DNA of 64,000 bases from Balamuthia mandrillaris (lineage: Eukaryota): the NCBI GenBank assembly GCA_031835245.2, contig JAVKOQ020000006.1, positions 124,001-188,000 of the forward strand, read 5' to 3'. Under the pieces are notes generated by a model. The model saw only the letters and a list, made by a program, of their open reading frames with translations. It searched no databases and was not told the origin of the DNA. Made by a program: the position numbers and the translations under genes. This document shows positions 1 to 11,142 of this stretch, piece after piece. The first letter of the stretch is position 1. Each line of letters opens with the position of its first letter.

Positions 1-2
1 AG

Positions 3-1463
3 ATGCAGCAAGCTGGGGTGGCAGCAAACGCCTTCACCTTCGCTGCCGTGCTGAAGGCCTGTGCCAGCACAGCAGACTTGAAGACAGGCAAGCAGGTGCA
101 TGCTGAGGTGCTGCGGAGGGGCTTGCTTCCCAATGGAAACACCGTTCTTTCAACTGCCCTGATCAACATGTATGGAACCTGTGGGAAGATGGAGGAGGCA
201 CGTGCGGTGTTCCAAGGGATGAAGGAACGGGACGTGGTGACCTGGACCTCCATGATTGCCGCGGTAGCACAAAGTGGTCATGGGGAGGAAGCCTTGCAGC
301 TGTTCCAAGAGATGGAGCAAACCGGGGTGGCAGCAAACGCCTTCACCTTCGCTGCTGTGCTGAAGGCCTGCGCCAGCACAGCAGACTTGAAGACAGGCAA
401 TCGTTTGCATGCTGAACTGCTGCGGAGGAGCTTGCTTCCCAATGTTGTTCTCTCGACCGCCCTCATCGACATGTACGGCAAGTGTGGCAAGCTGGAGGAG
501 GCATGCAAGGTCTTCCAGCAAATGAAGGAACGGAATGTGATCACGTGGAATGCAATGATCGCCATGCATGGGCTGCATGGTCAAGGCAAAGCAGCACTGG
601 CCGCCCTACAGGAGATGGAAGAACAAGGCGTGCAACCAGACGCCATCACCTTCATCAACGTGCTGAACGCATGCAGCCATGCAGGGCTGGTGGAGGAAGG
701 CTTGGCCTGCTTTGCTGCCATGAAGGAGAAGCACAACATCCAGCCCACCACAGAGCATTTCAACTGCATGGTGGACCTGTTGGGGCGGGCAGGAAGACTG
801 GAGGAGGCAGAAGCCTTGATCCACACCATGGAGGTCCCTCCTGATGCTGTGACGTGGAAAGCCTTGCTGGGGGCCTGCCGAGGAGGCAAGGATGTGGAGC
901 GAGGGAGAAGAGCAGCAGAGCGAGCCATTGCATTGGATCCAAAGGATGCATCCTCCTTTGTGGTGCTGTCCAACATCCTGGCAGCAGCAGGGCGATGGGA
1001 AGAGGTGGAGAAGGTGCGGAAGGAAATGAAGGAGCGGAAGGTGAAGAAAGAGGCAGGGAGGAGCTGGATCACGGTGGATGGGGAGGTGCACAGCTTCGTG
1101 GTGAAGGACCGCAGCCATCCTCGCAGCACAGAGATCTTCCACCACCTGGACCAGCTGATCCAGCAGATGAAGGCAGCGGGATACCAGCCAGCCACGGAGT
1201 GGGTGCTGCATGATGTGGAGGACGAGCAGAAGGAGGAAGAACTGTGCTATCACAGCGAGAAGCTGGCCATTGCCTTTGGGCTGCTGAGCACGCCACCAGG
1301 ACAGGCCCTGCAGATCATGAAGAACCTGAGGGTGTGTGGGGACTGCCATACAGCCACCAAGTTCATTGCCAAGGTCACTCAGCGGGAGATCCTGGTGAGG
1401 GATGGTAGTCGCTTCCATCACTTCTCTCCTGATGGGCGCTGCTCTTGTGGGGATTATTGGTGA
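3..1463 (+). CDS. PLS-class pentatricopeptide repeat protein with E1/E2 and DYW cytidine deaminase domain (organellar C-to-U RNA editing factor type); 5' end lies outside the window
   Basis: Intronless ORF of P-L-S repeats (VVTWTSMIAAVAQSG, FTFAAVLKACA, STALIDMYGKCG), then the P2-L2-S2 block, a PG-box variant (AGRSWI), HSEKLA, CGDCH and terminal CSCGDYW-stop. Confidence 0.97.
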   Translation: MQQAGVAANAFTFAAVLKACASTADLKTGKQVHAEVLRRGLLPNGNTVLSTALINMYGTCGKMEEARAVFQGMKERDVVTWTSMIAAVAQSGHGEEALQLFQEMEQTGVAANAFTFAAVLKACASTADLKTGNRLHAELLRRSLLPNVVLSTALIDMYGKCGKLEEACKVFQQMKERNVITWNAMIAMHGLHGQGKAALAALQEMEEQGVQPDAITFINVLNACSHAGLVEEGLACFAAMKEKHNIQPTTEHFNCMVDLLGRAGRLEEAEALIHTMEVPPDAVTWKALLGACRGGKDVERGRRAAERAIALDPKDASSFVVLSNILAAAGRWEEVEKVRKEMKERKVKKEAGRSWITVDGEVHSFVVKDRSHPRSTEIFHHLDQLIQQMKAAGYQPATEWVLHDVEDEQKEEELCYHSEKLAIAFGLLSTPPGQALQIMKNLRVCGDCHTATKFIAKVTQREILVRDGSRFHHFSPDGRCSCGDYW

Positions 1464-3521
1464 TCATGCTCTATGCTCTGATCCTCTTTCACTTTGTTCA
1501 CCTTCAAATATTTCCATCACATTAATACTTGATAAGCTTTAAACACTTTTGCACCCTTCATAGAGGTAACAAGCTTGATGTATGCTTGATGTATTAATAA
1601 CAAAAACAAATACTTAAGTAGGAAGGTCAACTATTAAAGTAATGTTTATACTGTTCTGTTGCTAGATAGTTGAAAGAAAGGAAAGAAACTCTGAACTTTG
1701 AGTTGTTGAAAACACATGTATGACTTTTTAATTTCAACATAAGTGAAAAGATTCTTGCCCTGATGAACTTTTTTTTGGTTAAGTTGAAGAACTTTGAAGA
1801 AATACCGCAAATGGAAACCTGGTAAAAGGTGTTTCAATAATCACTCATTGGTACTTGCTATTCTTTGCTAAGTGACAAAACTTGATGTTATGCTTGACTA
1901 GCACTAAGGAACTATTGAAAAGCGGATGTACCAACTTGAAAACCTAATAATGACATTGCAGTATCTTCCTGCCTTAATCTTCAACTATGATTGCTGGATT
2001 TCAAAAGGCAGGGATTTGGCCACCCAACAAAGCAGTGCCACTATAATCATCATTAATAGCTTTCTATTTAATAGACCAGCTTTTCAACTCAGAAATACTG
2101 TTAATGTCCCTCAATCTTTGAAACCCTGTTGGATTATGGCACTTCTATAAAAACCTTATCATTATCAGCTTCAACACTAGTGATTAAACCAGAGATGAAG
2201 AACAATAATTTATTCAGGATTACTCTCAATATGTTAGTTCTGCTGTCCTTTTTTTTTTCCTTTTCTTTCTATTGTCAACATTTGTACTGTGAACCAATCA
2301 CTTGCTGCTACATTGCTAAGCTTCTTCCTTTTATCTTGTTACTTCATTCTCATTCTTTTAGTTAATTACTACCTAATACTACTAAGTGTTATACTACTTT
2401 CTTATAATACCTAGCCTTATCTCTGTTGGAAAACCAACAATTTGTGTTATTATGACTTCCTGTCAACACTTTCTCTGGATACTCCAAATTCTCTCACCCC
2501 TTTTTATTTTTCCTTTTTCCTTGTGACATACTCAAAGCACATATTTTGGTCCACACTTCTTTTCTTGTGAATAAACCCAGAGTCACTTACATGCTATCCC
2601 TTTCTTGATCTCCAGGGTTTATCCCCCATCAACATCTCTCCTTGTATATATCTCTTTCTTTCATTTTATTAAAGGTCTTTTCCCTATACTTATTGAATTG
2701 GTATCTATTAGGTTATTCCCCTATTGGCCTTATCACAGTTAGGTTTAATAATGCTAAATGACACATTAAACCAATGCATGGAAACACGTCAAGAAAGTTT
2801 GGTAAACAACTTCAAACAGAGCTTATGTGCGTTTGTCCCATAATTTGAAGTCCAAATATTTGTCATGTCGTCATGAATCATATCTAGTGCCACCCATAAC
2901 CGAAAAGTGACCAAACCTCCAGGCCCTTTATGTGGCGTTGAGCACGCTCCACTTCCATACCGTCGTTTTTTTGCTGGGATGAAAAAAAATATCGGTGGCT
3001 TATCCTGTTTGCGGGTCTTTTTTACTCCCGCCAGGAAGAGGATGACCCAAAACGTTCCAATTTTCTGAAGCAAGAAAACTTGGCTGCCTATTTTTTCTGG
3101 TGCAGAGCGCTCTCCGCCCTGATCGTTGGGCTTTTGTGGAAGGGAGGGGAGCGGAGCAGAGGAGAGCAGAGAGAAAACAGTGGAGGAGAGAGGAGAGCCA
3201 GCGAGAGAGGAAAGACAAGAGAGAGGAGAGCGCGAGAGAAACGAGGGAAGGAGAGAGACAGGAGAGCAGAGAGGAGAGAGCGGTTCTCTGAGGGGTGCCT
3301 TTCCCCTTCAAAACAAGCAAAGCAAAAGGAAGAAAGAAAAAGGCGAGAAAAAAAAAGAAAAGCAGAGAAAGAGAGAGGAACAAAAAAAAACCAAGCAGCA
3401 CCGCTTCGTTTCTTTTTCTTTTCTTCTTCTTCTTTCTCTTTGTTTTGCCTTGTTCTTTCTCCGTCTCTTTGTTTTTTTTTTTGGGGGGGGGACGAACACA
3501 AAAAAAAAAACAAAGAGCACC

Positions 3522-6500
3522 ATGGAAGAAGAAAAGGTTCGAAAGGGATTGACGGAGGCGTTGGGAGAGCATGTCGGCAGCTTGGACACTTCCATGATCG
3601 ACTACGTCGTTGGTTAGCGTTTTTTTTTTTCTCTCTCTGTCTTGCTTTCTCTCTTGCAAAAAAAAAAAAAACCCAAGGCTCAATGAATGACCATCGCAAC
3701 TCGCTGCCACCAAAATAGCCATCTTGCAGGAGTTCAATCCGTCTGACGGAGAGTCGGTCAGCGACTCGATTGGTCCCTTCCTCGCTGACTCTGGGATCGA
3801 GGAGAAGGCGGTAAAAGACATCTGTGACACCCTCTCGCAAGTGCTCTTTGGTCGTTCCGCCAAAACTGAGGTTTGTGATTGCTCTGTTACTCTTCCTCTT
3901 TGTTCTTTCTTCTCTTCTTCATGCTTCGCTCTTCCTTTTTCTTTCTTCTCCGTTCTTCGTTCTGCTATTGTTTCGAAGCTTTCTTCCCTCTTCCTTTGTT
4001 TTGTTTTCATCTCCTCATTTCCATCAAACGCGTGAAGACAAGCAGCGACTCCTTGAGGCTGCTGGACGCTCCGGTGCAGATGACGAGCGCAGTGACGGAA
4101 GAGGAGGCTGCCATGAGTCTAAGCTTTGGCTACACTCCTAAGATGGGCCGAGGGGCCAAGGTTGCCGGCAACAAAACGGTTGTCAACGAGTTTGTTGATA
4201 ATTCTGAGGATGCTCGGTTGAAGAAAGAAAAGAAAGGTCTCTTCTCTTGCATGTTTCTTCCTTGTGCTTTCTTCCGTCTCTGTCATGGTTTCTTTTATTT
4301 GTTTTCTACTCTCTCTCTTTCTCTGTGTTTGTGTTTTGTTTTTGCTCTCTCTTCATTATCTTTCAAAACTGTGTTTGTTAATCTTCAATCCTTTATTCCC
4401 CATATAACTTCGCTATAGAGGCATTGATGAGATACAAGAAAGAGAAGATGAGAGAGAAAGAAGCGCTTGCCAACGCTAGACGGGATACTGCCGTATTTAT
4501 GAGGCGGCCACCGGGCGCAGACAAGTCTCGAGACGTTCAGCTTCACAATTTTGATATCCAGGTATCTGGCCGCACTCTCATTCGGGATTCGTCTATATCA
4601 CTAGCTGCTGGACGGTACAACCCTCTTCTCTTTTCTTTGATTAGTTTCTGTTTGTTGTCGCTTTTATTAAACTTTATTCTCTAAAAGGCGGTACGGTTTA
4701 GTTGGACGTAACGGAGCTGGTAAAACAACTCTTCTTCGACATATTGCAGGCAGAGATATTGCTGGCATTCCTGCTCACTTGCAAATACTTCACGTGGAAC
4801 AAGAGGTACTTATTTTTCCCTTTTTTCTTTGTTCTTTTTTCGAAACTCACTATACAAAACACATCGTACAAAAAGGCGGTAGGAAGTGATAAGACAGTGT
4901 TACAAAGTGTGCTAGAAGCAGATGCGGAGCGAGAAGCTTTGCTCACAGAGGAAAAACAAATCCTCAAAGAAATGCAAGAAAAGGAAGAAGCCAGATTAGC
5001 CAAGAAACTTGCCAAACAAGGAGGCATCAACAAATCATCCTCTCCTTCTCCAGCTGCTGTTGCTCCTGAGAAAGGCTCTCGTTTGGCTGCTATTTATGCT
5101 CGTTTGCAGGAGATAGATGCGGACAGTTCCGAAGCACGAGCAGCTGCCATCTTGGCTGGTTTGGGCTTCTCTCAAGAGGCTCAACAGAGACCCACCAAAG
5201 AGTTTTCGGGTGGTTGGAGAATGAGGATGGCCCTCTCTCGCGCCCTCTTTTGTAAGCCGGACTTGCTGTTGTTGGACGAGCCGACTAACATGTTGGACAT
5301 TTCAGCTGTGTTGTGGCTGGAGGCCTATCTGCAACAGTGGGAAAGCACTTTGCTCGTCGTTTCTCACGACAGGAATTTTTTGAACAACGTACGTTTTACC
5401 TCGTTTGCCTCATGCTTAATTTTTTTCTTTTGTCGCTCTCTTTTATCTCATTATCTTTGCTTTTTCTTGCATCATGTTTACTATCTTCGTTGTTACTTCC
5501 ATTTCTTTCTCTTTATTAACCCATCAACAATAACAAAAAACAGGTGGTAACCGATGTGATCCACTTGCAAGCAGAACAGCTAACAACTTACCACGGCAAC
5601 TACGATACCTTTGAGCGCAGCCGCATGGAACGGCTAAAGAACCAAGCCAAGGCTGTGGAGGCTCAGGAAAAGCTTCGTGCCCACGTGCAACAGTTCATCG
5701 ATAGGTTCCGCTACAAAGCCGGCAGAGCCTCCCTCGTGCAGAGCAGAATAAAGATGTTGGATAAGATGGAGATGATCCCCGCCCTCTTGGAGGATCCCAC
5801 TTGCTCCTTTAGCTTTCCTGAGCCGGAGGAGCTGGCCCCGCCTTTGATACAGTTTGACGAGGTCTCCTTTGCTTATCCTCCGAAGAAGGGACTCGGAGCG
5901 GTTGGAAGCAGTTCAGCAGCCGGAGGAAATACAAATCCGACGTTGAGCGGAAAGAAAGGAGGGAAAAAGAAGGGTCCGCCAGAGCTTTTCACAAAACTTT
6001 CGTTCAGTCTTGATATGGACAGTAGAGTTGCATTGGTATATTTCTCTCTCTACAAACTTTCTATTTTTTATTTTGTTTTGCTGTTTTTTTGTTTTTGTCT
6101 ATTTTTCCGTTCGTTTGTATTATGTTGTCCTTTTTTTTTTGTTTTCTCTTTGTCTAACTCAAAAGCTTGTAACACCAAAAAATAGGTGGGAGCGAACGGC
6201 CAAGGCAAAACCACGCTGCTCAAACTCATCACTGGGGAGCTCAAACCAAGCAAAGGCTTTGTCTTCATCCACCGCCGCATCCGCTTTGGCACGTTCAGCC
6301 AGCATCACGTCGACCAGCTCAGCCTGGAGGACTCTCCCTTGGAGTTTTTCGTGAAGAGCTTCCCAGGGAGCGACCCGCAGGCAATGAGGGCTCACATGGG
6401 AAGGTACGGAGTCACCGGGGATTTGGCCTTGCAGCCCATTGGCACGCTCAGCGGAGGACAGAAGAGCCGTGTGGTGTTTGCGTTGTTGGGATGGTTGAAG

Positions 6501-6812
6501 CCGCATTTCCTTATTCTCGACGAGGTAATGTTTTGGTTGTGTTTGTTGTTTGTTGTGAAGAAAAAAAACTCTCTAACCTAACACTTCCACACACAGCCGA
6601 CGAACCATTTGGATGTGGAGACGGTGGACGTGTTGGCTGGCGCCTTGAACGAGTTCACCGGCGGGTTGGTCCTCGTCACCCACGACGAGCGCCTGATCAA
6701 GACGGTGTGCCAGGACCTCTGGGTCGTCAACAAGGGCACGGTGAAGCGTCACGAGGGCGACTTTGAGGCTTACAAAAAGTCCATCCTCGTTGAAAACAAG
6801 TTCAACTTTTAA
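3522..6812 (+). CDS. ABCF3: ABC-F family ATPase (ABCF3/GCN20-like), multi-exon
   Basis: Two nucleotide-binding domains and no TM helices: [59 protein letters not shown] at 3522 (MEEEKVRKG) follows an A-rich leader; GT-AG introns. Confidence 0.92.
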
Positions 6813-7172
6813 ACCGGAAAGAAAAGAAAAGAAAAGTATAAAAGAAATAAAAGAAAATAAAATGAGAAAAAAATTATTTCAATAAAATCAACTGTCGACA
6901 ATAATTGCAGAAAAGGAGACATTGTGTCGTCATGAGTGTAAAAGCAGAACAGAAGTGATGCTCAAAATGTCAACAAATTGGTCGCCCGAAACTTTATTAT
7001 TCGTGTCGTCACGGTTGTACAGAGTGAAAAAAAAAATAACAAAGAAGAAGGCGAAGGAGAGAGTCCCCTCTTTCTTCTTCTTCTTCTTCTTGCTCCCTGA
7101 GGAAGGGGGGAAAAAGGAACGGCAAACTCAAGTAGTGTAACGGTGTTAAAGCAACAAATAGTGTACTAGGAG

Positions 7173-8310
7173 ATGTCTCGCAAAGAGGAAAATATTTCGG
7201 TGGCGGTGAGGATTAGGCCTCTGATGAGGAGGGAGAGGCAACAGGGCTACACCGAGGTGTGGCGCACCGATTCCAACAGGAGCGTCTACTGCTCTGCCTC
7301 GTCCTTTCCGGATAGCTATGCGGCTGCGAAGAGAGACGTCAAGTTCACTTTTGGTAACTCATCTCTTCCTCTCTTGTCTCTTTCTCTTGTCTCTTTCTCT
7401 CTTTCTCGTCTTCTCTTTCTCTTGTGTGGCTGAACTATGACTGTACAGACCAGGTATTTGGGCCACAGGCCCTCAACCAGGAGGTCTACGAGAAAATGGG
7501 CGAGAAGATAGTTTGGTCTGCCATGGAAGGCTTCAATGGTGCTACCCTCTGTTCTCTCTTTTCTCCTCTTCCTCTTTTTCGTGTGCTTGTTGTCCTTCTT
7601 GTTGTTGTGGTGCTTTTCTTCTTGTTCTTCTTGTTCTTCTTCTTCTTGTACTCAACGCATCTATTTATTCGTTCTTGGCGTTCCTTTCCTTCGTTTCCGT
7701 GCTCTCTCTTCTCCCTACAACCAGGTACAATGTTTGTATATGGGCAAACGGCTTCAGGAAAGACCTACACCATGAAAGGCACCAAAAAGAATCCTGGCAC
7801 AATCCCTCTGGCCATTCAAGACGTGTTTTCATACATCAAACAGGTTTCTTCTTCGCCTTCTGCCTTCCCGTGTTTCTCTGAACACCTTTCTTATGTTTGG
7901 TAACCCAATAACTGTAATAGACACCTGAACGAGAGTTTCTTTTAAGAGTTTCTTATTTGGAGATATACAACGAAGTTATCAACGACCTGCTTTCTCCTGA
8001 GAACGGTAATTTGAAGATTCATGAATCTCCAGAAGTACGTACCCTTGTCATTTTCACTTTCACTTTCTGTTTTGTATCTTTATGCGTTATTCTTGTTTTA
8101 ACGCTTTTAAAATGAGACGAAAGAAGAGCAAAAACTCACAAAAATACACAAAAATACAGAAAGGGGTATTTGTTGGGGGCTTAAAAGAGGAAATTGTGTT
8201 ATCGCCTGAACAAGTGATGTCCATCATTGCGGCTGGAGAGGCTCATCGCCATGTCGGAGCAACCAACTTTAACGAAATGAGCAGTCGTTCTCATACCATA
8301 TTTCGGATGG

Positions 8311-8364
<54 letters not shown>

Positions 8365-10705
8365 CTCCCTCCCTCCCTCCAAATTGCTTGTTCTATGTCA
8401 ATATGTTATTCACTTTGTTCCGTTTCTCTTTTTTTTTTCCTCATCATGACTTGTTTGTGATACAGGTAATTGAAAGTAAACCTGTATCAGGAGTCAAACG
8501 GTCAGGCAACATTCGAGAATCAACTGGTGATAGCTCGATTGGATCACCTGTCCGTGTTTCTACATTGGTACAACTCTCTCATCGTTTCTCTTTGTTAAGT
8601 TTACTGTTGCTAATTTATACATCGTGTCTCTCTTTCTTCACGTGTCGGCTGCTACCCTCAACAGAACTTGATAGATTTGGCTGGTTCGGAGAAGGCAACC
8701 GGCAAAGGCATTCAGCGACAAGAAGGCGCATTCATCAACAAAAGTTTGTTGACGCTCGGAAACGTCATATCCCGTCTTAGCCAAAAAAAAGAGTTTCTCT
8801 CTCCCCCTCTCCTTCCATTTGTAAAAAAACAAGATTGATCATTTTATATCCATTAGGGGTCATATTCCATATCGAGACAGCAAGCTAACTCGAATCTTAG
8901 AGCCCTCTCTCAGCGGTAACGCTCGCATCGCCATCATCTGCACACTCTCTCCAACTCCTCCTTGCTTCGAGGAGACACACAACACCCTCAAATTCGCCAA
9001 CCGCGCCAAACGCATCACAAACCGAGCCCGCCTGAATGAAGTGTTAGACGACAAGGCGCTCATACAAAAGTACAAGAACCAAATCCACGAGCTACAGAGA
9101 CGGTTGCAGGAGGTGAAGGCGAAGGAATTGGAGATGCAGCAACAAAGGTCGGAGGTGACGGAACTGGAGAAAAAGAGCTTGGAGCAGAGCAACGCTACTC
9201 TCATTCAGAGACTACAGGAGCAAGAGGAGGTTCGAGTCTCTTTGGAACAGAAGATCAACCGTTTGACAAAACTCATCCTGGTCTCCACTTCCATCGCCAC
9301 TCCTGTCAAACCTCCCAATCGTCTTTGGCGGGGTTCTACCTCTACATCTTCAGCGGCAGCAGCTGTTGTCGCAGGACGATCTCCAGCGGCGGCTTTGTTG
9401 AGCAGAGCGGCTTCGTTTGAGAAAATGAATGGTGTTGGTGGTGGTGACGGTCTGTTGCCGGTGATATCTCCCAGAGCACGGCGTAACTTAGACCTTTCTT
9501 TTGGAATTCATGGTTCTCCTGCTTCTAATGTAAGCTTTTCTTTTCTTTTCTTTTTTAATTTTCTAGTTTGTTCATTTCTTTATTTTGTCATTTCTTACGT
9601 TTCTGGTTTCGGAAAAAAAGGGTGTATCGTATAGACATGTAAATGGAAATGAACGCTCTTCTTCGTCAGCATCATCTGATGAGGAAGAATCAGAAAAAAA
9701 TCAAGCACAGCCAACAACCACAAACGCAGAAAACGGGTCTTCTTCTCTACATTCCCTCACGTCTCCTCCTTCTCCTTCTTCTCCTTCTTCTTCAGCCATC
9801 AGCCCATTTCCACAACAACCAGAAAAGTTTCGTGTTTTCAGAGGTAGAAAAGGCTCCATAAGGGGATCCACCGGACGAGATCATGCCTTCACCTCTCCTG
9901 TTTCGGAGGATCCTGGTAGTGTAAAACGTTTGCAAATTAGGCTACAAGAACAAGAAGAAGAGGTTTGTTCTTATCTGGACTTTCCGTCTTTCTTTTGTGT
10001 TGGCTGACGCACCCTTCACAAGATTGCATCTCTACAAAGCACCATCAACTCCCTTAGAGAGGTGGTCTCCCACAAACAACAAAAACTGCAGCTGCTCAAG
10101 TTCAACGCCCGTTACGCCAAGCAGCAGCTGAGCGACCTCACTCACGAGCTTCAGTGCAAGGACGCTTTGCTGCTGCGACTGGATGAGGAGCTGCAAAAGA
10201 GAGACAAGGACCTTCGCGCCGCCGTCGATGCCAAGACCAAGGAGCATGGCTTGGAAGTGTTGACTGGCGTGGTGACTCACATGCATGCTCATGTACTCAC
10301 GCACCTATTCCTCTTCTTGTGCTTCCTCTTTGTTTATGCTGAACATTTTTGGTGCTTCGCATGATGCTGCAGGAGGTGACCCAGCTTCGCTCCCAAATTG
10401 TGGATGCGGAGATCAAGACCGAAGTACTGCGGGCAGACAACAAACACCTGGTTAGCCAACTGGAGGAGAAGGACGAGTTGATCCGGGAATGGGTTGACTT
10501 TTTCGAATACTATGTACGTTTCTTTTTCTTTTTCTTTTTTTCTTTTTTTCTTTTTTCTTTCTCTTTTTCTTCTTTTTTTAAAATAACAAAAAAAACATAG
10601 GAACATAAACAACAAATGTTGGAGGAGGAGTTACGACTGATCAAAGCGGCCGAGTCACGGAAGGACCTCCGGGAGGATATTGCTCCAAAGTATTATTCCG
10701 AGTGA
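7173..10705 (+). CDS. Kinesin motor protein, kinesin-7/CENP-E-like, with C-terminal coiled coils; multi-exon
   Basis: [45 protein letters not shown] and [13 protein letters not shown] across spliced exons; stop TGA at 10703-10705. Confidence 0.92.
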
Positions 10706-11142
10706 AACATGTTTGTTAATTTTCGAAACAACAAAATAATTGGCTAATTTAATAATTTGTGGTAATTGCCGAAAAAATGAAAGTCATCGACAATTATTGC
10801 GATCCGCTGGAATCGGTGCCACTGGCCCGAAGCAGTGAATATCGAATTATCGGAACGAGTATCGACACTTTTATCTCCCACCCCAATTCATTCAATAAAT
10901 GAATTGCAGCCAATAAAACGCATAAAAAATAAATGCAGCTTGTCAACCAACGGACCTCGCAAGTGAAGAGAAAAGAGGTGACGACAACGAACCTACCACC
11001 TCCTCTTTCTTTTCTTTCTTTTCTTCCATCCGCCCCGACAAAGCGGCGTCCGCGGCGGCAACAGCAAACCTTCAGACCCACCGTTTCGATTTATACATAT
11101 TTCGTTCTATAAAGAAGAGAGAGAGAAGAGAATAAAAAAAGA

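Noticed and set aside
3000..4010. Long ORFs rich in K/R/E or F/L/S (here and at 18244-19499, 35074-35637, 51356-52015, 60190-60901)
   Set aside because: They are translations of (GA)n, (GAA)n and poly-A/T tracts in introns and UTRs, which lack stop codons by composition.
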